Of a DNA stretch of 64,000 nt, positions 38,550 to 49,649 are shown piece after piece. The stretch spans positions 12,896,001-12,960,000 of the forward strand of contig CM114271.1 in assembly GCA_050084515.1 (NCBI GenBank), in the 5' to 3' direction. A model generated the notes under the pieces. That model had not been told where the DNA came from. It searched no databases and was given only the letters and a program-made list of their open reading frames with translations. Position numbers and translations under genes: made by a program. How positions within the stretch are numbered: position 1 is the first letter of the stretch; the number at the start of each line of letters is the position of its first letter. The stretch is from Blasia pusilla (lineage: Eukaryota).

Positions 38550-41050
38550 TGATTGAGGAGGGTATGCCGCCGAGTGCGCATCCACCATCGAGGGCCGTGC
38601 CGTTAAAGCCGTTCCGTGCGCTGCAGCGCCGCACCGTTCGCTGGGACCGCATGACTTGTCTATCGAGGAGTTTTGAGCAGACATCAGTATGGGAGGAGTA
38701 TGACTTGCTGATTGGAGGAGTTGTCTCCACGATCGAGTTGGGGTCGAGATTTGCGATTCTTTGAGGAGCGACATCGACATGTGTTGAGTTACCCATTCGG
38801 TCCTTTACCCTGCGTGTGAGGATTCGGGATTTATTTAGGGATATTGGGTGTGTGGATCTTTGAGAGCATCATTTATGTATGTGGTTTAGGGACATAGACC
38901 TGTGTGGGATGTCGGAGTTGAGGTAGGTTGTCGATGAGATGATAGCCTGGTCGATTTGCCGCACCACGCCGCGTGTTGCCGCGCGTTACACGTCTCGGGG
39001 AGAGAGTGTAGATCGAGTGCCGCATGTTTGGGATGAGTGATTGAGGATTCCTCACGAGGGGCCACTCGCCACGGGAGCGATTGCACCGTCTAGTCGGGTT
39101 AGTCGAGGTTCAACCCTGTGGTTGAGTTCTTTGTTGAGTTGAGGGCGAGCTACCGGGAAGTACGGACGGAGAGTTGCGAGCATACACGACTTCGAGGCGC
39201 TCGGGTGAGAGTTTGCGTGAGGCTTACACTCGCTTGCGCCGGTTGATCAACGCGTCACTCGGGGTGACAGAGGCTCGAGCTATCCGGTCATGGTATGCGA
39301 TGTTGGACCGGACCCTGCGGACGGCAGTGCGGGGGGTGCTTCTTATGAACACCTCCCCTACGTTGAAGATGTTTTTAGGACCGCCGAGAACATTGGCGCA
39401 ACATGGCGGAGGAGAGCGTAGCCACCATGGGTTACAAGGCGAGAGCGATCCACGATTATCGCACCCTGTGCAAAGACGTGGACTCGAGATAGGTCGATCG
39501 TGGCACCACGAGCTCGGGGAGAATACCGAGAGGCCGTGCCCACGAGACCTGCGCCTTCATATGCGGCTCGGCAACGACCGCCTACTATTACTTGTTGGTC
39601 ATGTGGTGGAGCCCATCATGAGCGCGATTGCACTCGTCGGGTCATGGGCGTGTGCCTCGGCATGGAGGAGGAGATGGTCTTTGCACCAGGAGGTTATCGG
39701 TTTGACTATTGTCGAGGTATGGTCATACACGCGCCCGGTGTTTTAGTTTACATCCTGAGTTATGTCGGACCGAGGGCGAGAGGGCACCGAGCGAGTAGCG
39801 GTCGGGTGGGCCTAGAGATCGTGCTCGGTGGTCCCGTTGGGGGCGAGGCTCGAGTTGCCCGGCAGGGTGGTGGAGTTGCCCGTGGAGGAGGTAGAGTACC
39901 ACCACCTAGCGCCGAGGAAGATGCCGGACGTGAGGCTGGGATGGCTTTCGGATACAAAAGCTACAGGAGCGGTGCGCTATGGCATTGAGGTTACCCGATG
40001 CGGATCCGTGGCATCGACATCATATGGAGCGGCCAGGAGATCCGGAGGATCTGGATGGATGTCTTGGGTTGCCGGATGGAGGCCGCCCGATTGTGGCGTG
40101 GAGCGCCGCAAAGTTGGATCCACGAGGGGAAGCGGTGAGGCGAGGACTAGGCTTCCTAAATCTTTCACGTTGTCGGCGATGAGGACCCCATCGATGGGTC
40201 CTCATCAAAGTTCTGGAGAGTTGGTAATGTTGTTGGTGTGCAAGCACGGAGGGCGATGGGGGAAGCGAGTGCAACGACTCCTTGTTGATGCTCGGGAGGG
40301 CATGTGTCGAGCACATTGTTGGGGCGGCCACCGTTGTGTACCGCACTCCTTTATTTTCTGCCGATGTTGTGACGTTGGGAGGTACGCCCGCCGAGGCTTT
40401 TCGGCTGGCCGCTTCACTATGTGAGCGCGGAGTTGGAGTTCCTGCATCACATTCACAGGTGATTGCAGAGGAGGTGATGGACCTGCCCTTGGAGGGATGC
40501 TCGGGCCGTCCACGTCAGATTCATGGCAGGCTGCGGCTGCTAGGATGGCGGAGATGCCCGCTAGACCCGCGATAGAGCGTGCCATGGCTTCTCCTGGTGT
40601 TGTGTTCTTTGGATAACCAAGGAGAGGTCTTCGTTGGTGAGTCCTGGAGGTAGAGCTTTTAGTCCGCAGCGCGTCTTGTTGGATTCAAAAGCGCAACCCT
40701 TGATGTTGGGGAAAGCGTCATTCAGAGGATTGGGCTTGACGAGAGCCGATGTGGAGTGTTGTCCATATCGGATAAAGACATCCTTGGGTGGAGCGAGTAC
40801 CCACGATATATCACCCGATAGGAGGTCGTGGTGAGGATTCGCCGGGACATCCTGAGATGAGTCCGTGGTGTGCGCCAAGGCGATAGTGGCGATCTTTGAG
40901 TCCCTCGACGTCTTGGTTGGTGGAGCAATGTTATACCCGATGGGGTTTTTCCTGGATTCTTGGGAGGAGTCGGCGTCCTCTGAGACCAGGATGGCGGTCG
41001 GTGATGGGCGCCTTAGCTCATTACCCGTTCGATTCACAGTGCGATGATCG
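38550..41050 (+). pseudogene. gag (zinc knuckle) and aspartic protease of the DNMT retrotransposon, frameshifted
   Basis: GESLREAYTRLRRLI (gag core, ~39200), CWSCGGAHHERDC knuckle (~39590-39632), RVLLDSKAQPLMLG (~40670) and LDVLVGG (~40905). Confidence 0.78.
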
Positions 41051-41334
41051 AGCAGCGGCCGGAGAGATGGCGACCTTAGCGGCATTTAGCGGTGCCATCA
41101 CTTAGCCTAGTGATTTGATTGAGGACATGTCCATGCGAGAGGATACTCCCGTTCTTGACATTTGTATGGAGAGGAGTGTTATGGTATTTGCATCATTCCG
41201 TGGAGGAGAGGTGCCCCTGTGGGGCTCGGCGAGGAGCTTCAACGATTAGCGGATCTTGCGTGCGGCCGCGTGGAGCGAGGCGTTTGCACGAGCGTGGCGG
41301 TTTGAGGAACCGAGGTAGCGGGAGTGCTACGATG

Positions 41335-42290
41335 ACACCCTTGGATACTACACCCATTGTGTGGTGTACCGGAGGAGGGTATTCGAGTGTTAGATCTCTT
41401 TGGAGGGATTAGCACCGGGTTAGGCTGCTTTTTTGGCGAGGAGTCGAAAATCTGGAAGTACTTGTATGTGGAGTGTGATGATGTTGCGGCGCGTCTCACT
41501 ACAACATGTGGCGCAATTACGCCTACGTTTTCCCGACTTATTATGCTGCGTCCAGCGTCTGGGTACCGAGTTCCCTACCGAGGGATATTTTGTTGTTGGG
41601 GGCGCAGGACTTAGAGCAGGTAGGGACCATTGATTTGGCCATTGCCGGTTGGCCATGTCAGGGCCAATCGAGTGCTGGACGAGGCAGCGGGTTGGCTGAC
41701 ACTCGGTCTAGGTTGTTTTGGGAGATGTTGAGGGTCTTACGGCAGTTGCAGGAGCACTAGTCTCGTTCTCCAGCCTACATTCTGGAGAATGTGCCGATCT
41801 TAGGAGACTCCAGGTCACGGGTCGTGACGAGTGCTCATCAAGTGCGTGCCTGGATCGGCCCAGCAGTGTTCTTGGATGGGGCGAGTGTAGGTTCTAGAGC
41901 CCATCGCCCGCGTCTATGGTGGACCAACTTGGTGCCCCATGCGGTGTTATGGAGGGCGTATCGAGAGTGAGCGCCCCCCCCTTTGTTAGTGGATTCCATT
42001 CGGATCCATATCGTCGATCCTGAGCGGTGAGGCACGATGATCGACCACCGCCGCGTGGTCGCGGGGTAAGGCAAAGCGGGCGGCAGCTTGCCCACGTTTG
42101 TGAGTTTTCCGCTTCCTATGCATACAAGGAGGCCGATCCTAGCTTGGTTTGGGATGACCAGGTTCAGCGGTTGGTGGAGCCCAACGCCGAGCGAGAGAGA
42201 GCGGCGATGGGATTTCCCCGGGGAGGACGGCGGTACCATCGGTGTCGAGAGGCATCACGACGCCATGTCTTGGGTCAGCGATGGACTGAA
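41335..42290 (+). pseudogene. C5-cytosine DNA methyltransferase domain (DNMT3-like motif order) within pol
   Basis: Motif I IRVLDLFGGISTGL (41381); II YLYVECDDVA; IV IDLAIAGWPCQGQSSAG (PCQ at 41653-41661); VI YILENVP (ENV at 41785-41793); VIII AHRPRLWWTNL (~41900-41932); IX/X LVEPNAERERAAMGFP...RRHVLGQ (~42170-42280). One in-frame TAG at 41758 and several frameshifts. Confidence 0.92.
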
Positions 42291-42899
42291 GCGCTTGACA
42301 TGGATCCTCGGCTGGGAGTGGGCGAGAAGCGTCGTATGAGATCGCGACAGATCACGGCCGGTTGCGTTCTTTGAGCCCCATGCCTACCGAGACGGTGGAG
42401 CGTGGTTGGGCGAGACCGAGGAGATCTCGCACCATGGGAGATCGGGAGAGACACCCTTGGACTTCTTGGGATGTTTTGAAGGTACGCAAGGAGATGATAG
42501 CCACAAACATCGGCGTGGTTTCGGCACCTTTGCACGTGGAGGAGATCGAGTTTGCGGTTGGTTGCAGGAGAGCGGCGAGTGTTGTTGTTCGAGACGGGGT
42601 TGCACCATAGAAACCACCGGTACCAGCGCCGGAGAGTCCTACCGTAGTCACGATGGAGACTTGGGAGCGGATATGGGCCCTAAGTTGGGGAGGAGAGCGG
42701 CGCCGAATACATCGATTCTGAGGAGTTATAGGAGCCGCTTTATGTTAGCATGGAGGATTTGGAGTGCGCTGAAGGGTCGGGGATCCGCATTGAGTTGTCG
42801 AGTGATATGCCGATCTTCCGCGACCCTCTGTACAGTCTGATGATATGGAGAGGGCTCTGATTGAGTAGGAGCCAAGACTTGGTCGGAGCGAGGACTAGT

Positions 42900-44070
42900 G
42901 GAGATGTCGCATGGGGAGTATGCATACGCCCTTTGTCATGCCCGCCAGAGAAGGATGTACATGGCAACTGGACGGATAGGCGGATGTGTGGGGATTACCG
43001 ACCTATCAATCGACAGACGAAGTCCGATAGGTATGCCATGCCCACCCCTGAGGAGATCTTTGATACGATTGGTCACGCAAAGGTCTTTAGTTCATTGGAT
43101 TTGTGAGCTGGATACCATCAGCTGCCTATCAGATTGGAGGACAGCGAAAGACGGCATTTTGGGGCATCGATCCTCACGGGAAGGATTGTTTGTACGGTGG
43201 CGGTTCTTACCATTTGGGTTAAAGAACGCCCCGGCTGAGTTTCAGAGGATCTTGGCTCGTCTGGATTTTGCTAGGTGTTATATTGATGACATCGTAGTCT
43301 TTAGCACCACGGTTGAGGAGCATGAGCAACATCTAGAGGAGGTGTTGCGACGATTGCAATTACATGGGATGAAGCTACATCCAGGCAAGTGCAAGTTCTT
43401 CTCGACCAGATTGAGTACTTGGGTCATACGATATACCCGGGGCCTAGGTGTTGGTGGCGAAGGTAGAGGCTATCTCACGCATTCCCGCCCTCTGAGATGT
43501 GAGCCGTGTTCGGCGCATTCATGGGATTGGCGAACTTCTATCGGCGATACGTCAAGGGATTGATTCGATTATGAAGCCGTGACCTTGCTCACCAAGGTGG
43601 ATCACGAGTGGCACTTTGGGGGGATAAGCGAGGAGGCGAGCATTTCAGTTGCTCAGGAAAGGTTGGCGTCGCACCCATCTTGAGGAGACCGATCGGGCGT
43701 CCTTTTGAGTTGCATCTGATTGGAGCATGTTGGGGCTTGGGCGGTGCTCACCCAAAGCATGATGATGAGGGTAGAGAGTTTGTGGTGGCTTACGCTAGCC
43801 GCTCGAACAACGCTTCTGAGGTAATCTGGCTCGTATGAGGGTGAGTGCTTGGTGCGGTATGGGGTCGTCGCATTTTAGGTGTTACTTATTCCTCAACCCC
43901 TTTACCATCATCACTGATCATCAACCACTGAAGTGGTTGATGGAGTCCGACAAGCTTACAGGGAAGCTTGCAAGATGGGCTCTGTTGTTGCAGGAGTATG
44001 ATTTTGAGGTGGTACATAGACCTAGAACGCTCAACCAGGATGCAGATGGGTTGAGTCGTATCCCATGCTC
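42900..44070 (+). pseudogene. Reverse transcriptase and RNase H
   Basis: RMCGDYRPIN, FSSLDL, LPFGLKNAPAEFQR and CYIDDIVVFS; RNase H VVAYASR, TDHQPLKWL, ARWALLLQEYDFEV and DADGLSR. Confidence 0.95.
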
Positions 44071-44439
44071 GAGTGAGCGAGATGCGGCCCAGAGCTTCGA
44101 TGGCATGGAGAGAGTGATGAGGAGTGGGTGCCAGGATGGCACGCGCGTCGACCTATTTAGGCATGTTGGCTATGGAGAGCAGTGTGGAGACTTTGATGGC
44201 GAGGTCTAGTGGAGAGTCTTTGGATCCCGAGGGCAGTGAGGACACGACAAGTGGCCGAGATATTCATGATGATGGAGTAGTCTTAGAGTACCTTCGTACT
44301 GGCAGCCTTGCAAGCACCATGGATGCTAGAGAGCGGGATCGGATCCTCTGGCCCGGGCGAGGCCAGTTCCGTTGGGAGGGGACACATGTTTTGAGGGTTT
44401 GGGAGGATGGCGAGTGCGCGTAGTGCGCATCCTTTGCAG

Positions 44440-45330
44440 CATGTACGACTAGTGCAAAGCATGCCCACGAGGAGTTGGGTCACTTTGGGGTGAAGCGGAC
44501 GTATAGCTTGCTCAGATTCGAGTATTGGTGGCGAGGCATGAGAGGCGGCGTTCGGCGATTTGTTGCCAGGTGCATGGTGTGTGATCGGGTCGAGCATCGT
44601 TCAATGCTCCGACTCCACGATTGCATCCATTACCGATCATGGGCTTAGGGTATAGATGGAGTTTGGATTTTGCGGGACCTTTGCCCTTGACGGAGCATCA
44701 CAATCGTTATGTGTTGGTGATGGTGAGCACTTCTCGAAGTGGATCGAGTTGGTTGCTTTGCACGACAAAGCAAGTGAGGGAGTAAGCTTATGCCTTCCTT
44801 GACAGAGTCTTTGAGTGATTATGGCGCACCGGTGAGGTGTTGAGACAGGTACCGAAGTTTTGCGGTGAGTTCCAGGCCTTGTGTGATCGGCCGATCGACC
44901 ACCGCCGCGACCGTGAGATCATCCTGAGGCGGATGGATTAGCGGAGAGAGTTATGCGAGGCGGTGAAGAGGGTTTACGCAAGTATGGCTTGAAGAGGTCA
45001 CCTAGGAGATTGGGACCTCCGGTTGCCATGGTTGGCGATGGGATACAGATTCAGCGACGAGCATCCTTAGCGTCTTTTTCACCGTACTTGCTACTTTATG
45101 GCGAGAGCCGATTTACTGCGGCCATTCGTCGAGATGTTGGTGAGGTGTCTGAACCTTGATGACCCGGATGTATGGGTACGAGCATGTTCGAGAGGGCTGA
45201 GTTATTCGGAGAGTGATGCCCATGGCGTTCGAGAACTTAGCGATTGCATCGGGATACGATGAGGTATCGACTATTCGAGGTGGTGGTTATCGACCAACTA
45301 TCCGGAGGTTTCATCAGGAGATTATGTCTA
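44440..45330 (+). pseudogene. DDE integrase
   Basis: HHCC zinc finger HEELGHFGVKRTY...YWWRGM...CMVC, core WSLDFAGPLP...RYVLVMV..FSKWIE, and HPEADGLAER. Confidence 0.9.
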
Positions 45331-45540
45331 TTTGCAGCAGAGCGGCACCGGCGGCGTTGGATGTGCTGCAGGCGCACTATCCGAGAGTGCGTGACATTTT
45401 GCCATCGGGTGTTCTCTTCTGGAGGGACGCGATGGTATGGTATGGAAGGACCATGTGCGTAATTGTGCGCCATGTCACCTTCCTAACATTGATGGTACAG
45501 AGTAGATCCGAGCTTAGTAGTAGTTTCTGCAGGCTTGCGT

Positions 45541-45677
45541 TGTATGTTGTGTGGTTACGCCGTAGTGCGTACGATGCTAGTCTGTGATGGGTGTTGAGAG
45601 GATGGCATATGGCATGTTTGGCGCCACCTCTCACTAGGGTTCCTCAGGGGCGATGGATGTGTCCCAGATGTACATAG
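45541..45677 (+). pseudogene. PHD finger at the integrase C-terminus
   Basis: CMLCG...MLVCDGC(frameshift)RGWHMACLAPPLTRVPQGRWMCPRCT* fits the C4HC3 PHD pattern with the conserved Trp. Confidence 0.9.
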
Positions 45678-48600
45678 AGAAGGTAGTTCTACATTCCGAC
45701 TTGTGTCTATGACATCAATGACAAGGAGGCGACTCACGATGGGGCCACATGAGCACCCGGCCTTCTTGCTCTTAGCGTCCGAGAGATGTATGTCATGGTA
45801 GGTAGGGATAGATGGCTATCTGGAGTTAGAGGGACCTAACCACCAGCTAGGGGGGCGATTGGAGATATTTTGGTTCTTCTTGTCTCGTTGTTTGGATGCC
45901 ATGAGTTAGCATGGGATCATGCGTGTTTGTGTGTGTGTTCGGTGACAGCGATGTATGTTGTGTAGCGATGTGTATGCGCCATACGGACTTGGTATCACGT
46001 CTTTTAGGATAGATCGGTGGGATCTAATAGAGCGCCTTCATGAGTAGTGGAGGACACGCCCAGTAGGTTGAGGGTGACCTGCTGAGGCCCTTAGCAGGTT
46101 TCCCCTTCGTTTCGGCTCATTTGGAGCCATATTGAGGAACTTGCTATTTTAGATAAGTACCATTTGAGTATATGATCGACTTACTATTTTTGGTAAGTGG
46201 CCCTTGACCTCCTTCATCAGGTCAAGAGCCAAGGAGGTTACTTGGGAGAATAGGTTACCATGGAGAGAGCTTGGGAGAGGAGAGGGGTATACCTCAAAGA
46301 GAGAGAGCTTGAGAGCTCATTCTCTCTTTGTTGAACCTCTTGGCATGAGGCGGCGGAGCTATGGTACCTTGCCTTGTGAGTGTAACCCAAGCCTCTCATT
46401 AGGAGAGTGGGTTTGGTTTGACATGAGAGAGAGTGCACACCTTTGAGAGCTATGGTGTGAGATGGTGGAGAGAGAGATTGTATCTTATTTTATTGGAGAT
46501 ATTTTGGTTCTTCTTGTCTCGTTGTTTGGATGCCATGAGTTAGCATGGGATCATGCGTGTTTGTGTGTGTGTTCGGTGACAGCGATGTATGTTGTGTAGC
46601 GATGTGTATGCGCACGACAAGGGAGAAAGAAAGTTTTTGTTGTAGATTTGGAAGAAAAACATGCTTCTTTACATAAAAGATGATGAATTTTCTCTGTACT
46701 GTCTTGCTTTATCTTGTCACGCTACATCCACTTCCTCGATCAATTGCACCTTTCAACTACTCCTAACTTCTCATCCTAGCAAAAATCGCTAAAAGCTTCT
46801 TAGCTAGCCAACTCGGTGAAGGGTTTCTTAGTTTCTCTTCATCCTCCTTTTTTCTTCAAGTAAGTTTTCCACATTATGTGCTCCCATCTTTCTTTCTAGT
46901 TCACTAATCCTAGTTACCGAGTGTGCTAACTCAAATGCCATATAATTTCCAGCAGTCTGTCCTTGCTTCACGACTACTCTCAAGTCTCTACCCTTTGAAC
47001 TAAGGCTTGATGAATATCTAGCACTCAACCATGATCCTCTACCAGGTCCTCTACATCGCCCATTTTTACAAAGTTTGGGGGCTGAATTCTCCAGCATGCT
47101 ATCTTAATTTACCGGTATTGTAGTGCGATCGGGTCAACTAAATGAGCTCCATCCAATAAGATACAAGGAGGACCCCCTTTTGTGTGGAGCAATGGGAACA
47201 CTCTTAGATGTGGGTTATGAAAATTTTCCTTAATCCCAAACGGAATAATTGAATGAGAACCCCACTCACAATTGTAGTGAAAACCCCCCATTGTGTGAAA
47301 TTAGAACCAAAAGAAAAGCTCTTGAATTAAATATAATAATGAAACTCATAAAAAATCTTAATTCTACTTAATTTAAACACGAGTGGATTTCAGAACTAAA
47401 AGCTGCTCGGCAATACTTCTTCCTACAACAAGAGAAGTTAGTGTAGTCATACCATTAGAGTAGGATTGTGTAATGTACCCTTTCATAGTAATATAAATTT
47501 TAGACTATTAAAAATCAAGACGTATGTGTGCGATTGCAACAAAGAACGCAAGAGCAGCGTGCAAAGATGAAGAAATGGGAGAAGGTTTTGTGATGATATT
47601 CTATTAAACATTAAAATAAAACCTAGAAAATGTTATAAATATAGCCTTAAAAAAAGTCTCAAAATCGACTTCCAATAAGGACTTGACAAGTGTTGAGAAA
47701 AGGAGAGATGAAAATCATGAGAAATTACTTCAAAAACAACATTGCTGGAAAGTTAAAAAGAAAATTTTGAATCGATACGTTACGAGAAAATAGAGGGTGA
47801 AAAGAAATATACGTAGGAGAAGTTATAGCAATAAAAACATGGCTGGAAAGTGAAAAAGAAAATTTTAAAGTTTCATATCAAAATTGAACTCCAGTAACGC
47901 CTCGACAAGTGTTGCCTACTATGGACACACGCTCCCTAAAGCAGTTGACCATCAAGAAATGCTAATCCACATTCTAATTCAGTTTTTAAAAAAATTCTTT
48001 AAGATTTCATTTAGTAGATGTTGAGTTTTGAAGCTGATCAAAAGAAAAATACTATGGTGCCAAACTTTTTCAATTTTACTTAAAAGTTGGAGAGAAAATA
48101 ACAGGAACCTTATAATTTTGGAGGACAAATTAACCATTCGTTTCATAATCTGAAAGGATTCCAATGAGCTTTAGTCAGGTTTTGTTCCACGTTTCATAGG
48201 TTTCATAGCAATCAGATCGCCGATAGCAGGTACCAAATCTCCCTCGAGCACGGTCTTAGCTTCGAAGAGAAAGGTGCCGGTCGGACCGTAGGGTTCTCAT
48301 TTCTCGGTGAATATCAGGCGCCATAAGTGTGCCAGAATCATGCGCGTACTCAAAGATTCGAGAAGTGAAGCTGGATTCAAGTCCCCAGCTAGGGCCTTAA
48401 GAGCGACTTCATCGTACCTGATCATTTGGGAAGCTTTTCTCTTCCATCGTTCCTGCACCGCTCGCTTTTGCTGCATAGCACGGGGACACTTTCCCAACCA
48501 CATTCTACACCAACTCTTGTAGGAGATTGGATACACTAACACAATGTTGTCGGCTTTTCAGTTTTCTTTTTCTTCATTGGTGGTCCTTTCAGCTCACCTC

Positions 48601-49649
48601 ATTTAGTTTCTTAAGGATTTGAGTTTTTCTTTTCTTTCATTTCAGTTTTCCCAACAAAAATGTAGTAATCAACCTCCCCCGTTTTTGGAAATATGTCTCT
48701 TGGTGATAACCCGCAAATGAGATTGGCACTCACAATCGGCTTTTAATTTTCTTTTCAATCAATCCAGAGCTCTCTCTATATCTAACTTGAGCATAGTTTT
48801 GTAACTTGTATAAATGCAAAGCGCAAATGGTTATATCTTGTGGATTTTTTTTCTAAGGTTGCACTAAATTTCATGTTCAAATCGTGTAAGAATTCTAAAT
48901 TTAACTGGCCAACCAAAAGTTACCCCATTGAAACAATTGTTGTCATAAGGAAATTTATGGTAAATCGAAAGGGGACAGATAGAAATCTAACTATTTGTGT
49001 TCATAACTTGAAGAAAATAGGTAATACATCACATGAATAGAAGGAAGTATAATATTAAGTGGGACTCCTAGGGTAGGGGACCTCCAAGGCCACATCAACT
49101 TGAGCACAAGAAAAGATGTTCACACCCTCCCCATGAAAAAAAAGATATTGGTTTTTTCTATTAAATTATTACAAAGATAATTTATTTTTATTAAAAATAT
49201 GGGTTAAAACTTAAAAGCCATACGTGTGGAGAAATCAAGATGTCTCATTATCATTTTTAAGAGAAGTTCTTCATCCATCAATTTATAGTATGGTGAATTT
49301 GGTAAGGTTATGAATTTTCTACTTGTCTCATACCCAATATTGGTATAGTTTCTCTGAAAATTCATTTTACTCCACTCAAGATTCTCAACCCACCTATGGA
49401 AAATTTATACAACTGTTACAAGTTCAAGTCTATGTTTGGGGAAAGAGCTCTTATGGCTCTTTCCACAAGTATAAAAGTGAGAGAAATGGTTTTCATAAGC
49501 CATTTTTCTCATGTTGAGTTTTCGGAGCACTTACCTAAGGGTAGGGGGAATTCATCTTGTGCATGTGGGCATCTTAGTTGTCTCATTGGGAAGCCATTGG
49601 AAAAATTATGTTTAAGAATTATCAATTTTTTGTTTAAGAGATTGTGCAT

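Larger units (their letters stand above)
36982..46619 (+). mobile_element. Ty3/gypsy-type retrotransposon encoding a C5 DNA methyltransferase and a PHD finger
   Basis: Begins TGTC (36982) and ends GACA (46619), with AGGG on both flanks (36978-36981, 46620-46623). Repeat blocks: A at 36982-~37493 and 45993-46492; B at 45860-~45980 and 46494-46619. PPT-like TAGGGGGGCG at 45848-45857. Domain order is gag-PR-DNMT-RT-RH-IN-PHD. Confidence 0.9.

Noticed and set aside
41335-42290. Host DRM/DNMT3 gene or bacterial restriction-modification methylase as the source at this locus
   Set aside because: No introns, UBA or PWWP domains and no bacterial context; the domain sits within pol and recurs at the same junction in a second copy.
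48297-48542. 81-aa minus-strand ORF in a locally GC-richer patch
   Set aside because: Non-ATG start, no recognisable motif and no supporting gene structure.
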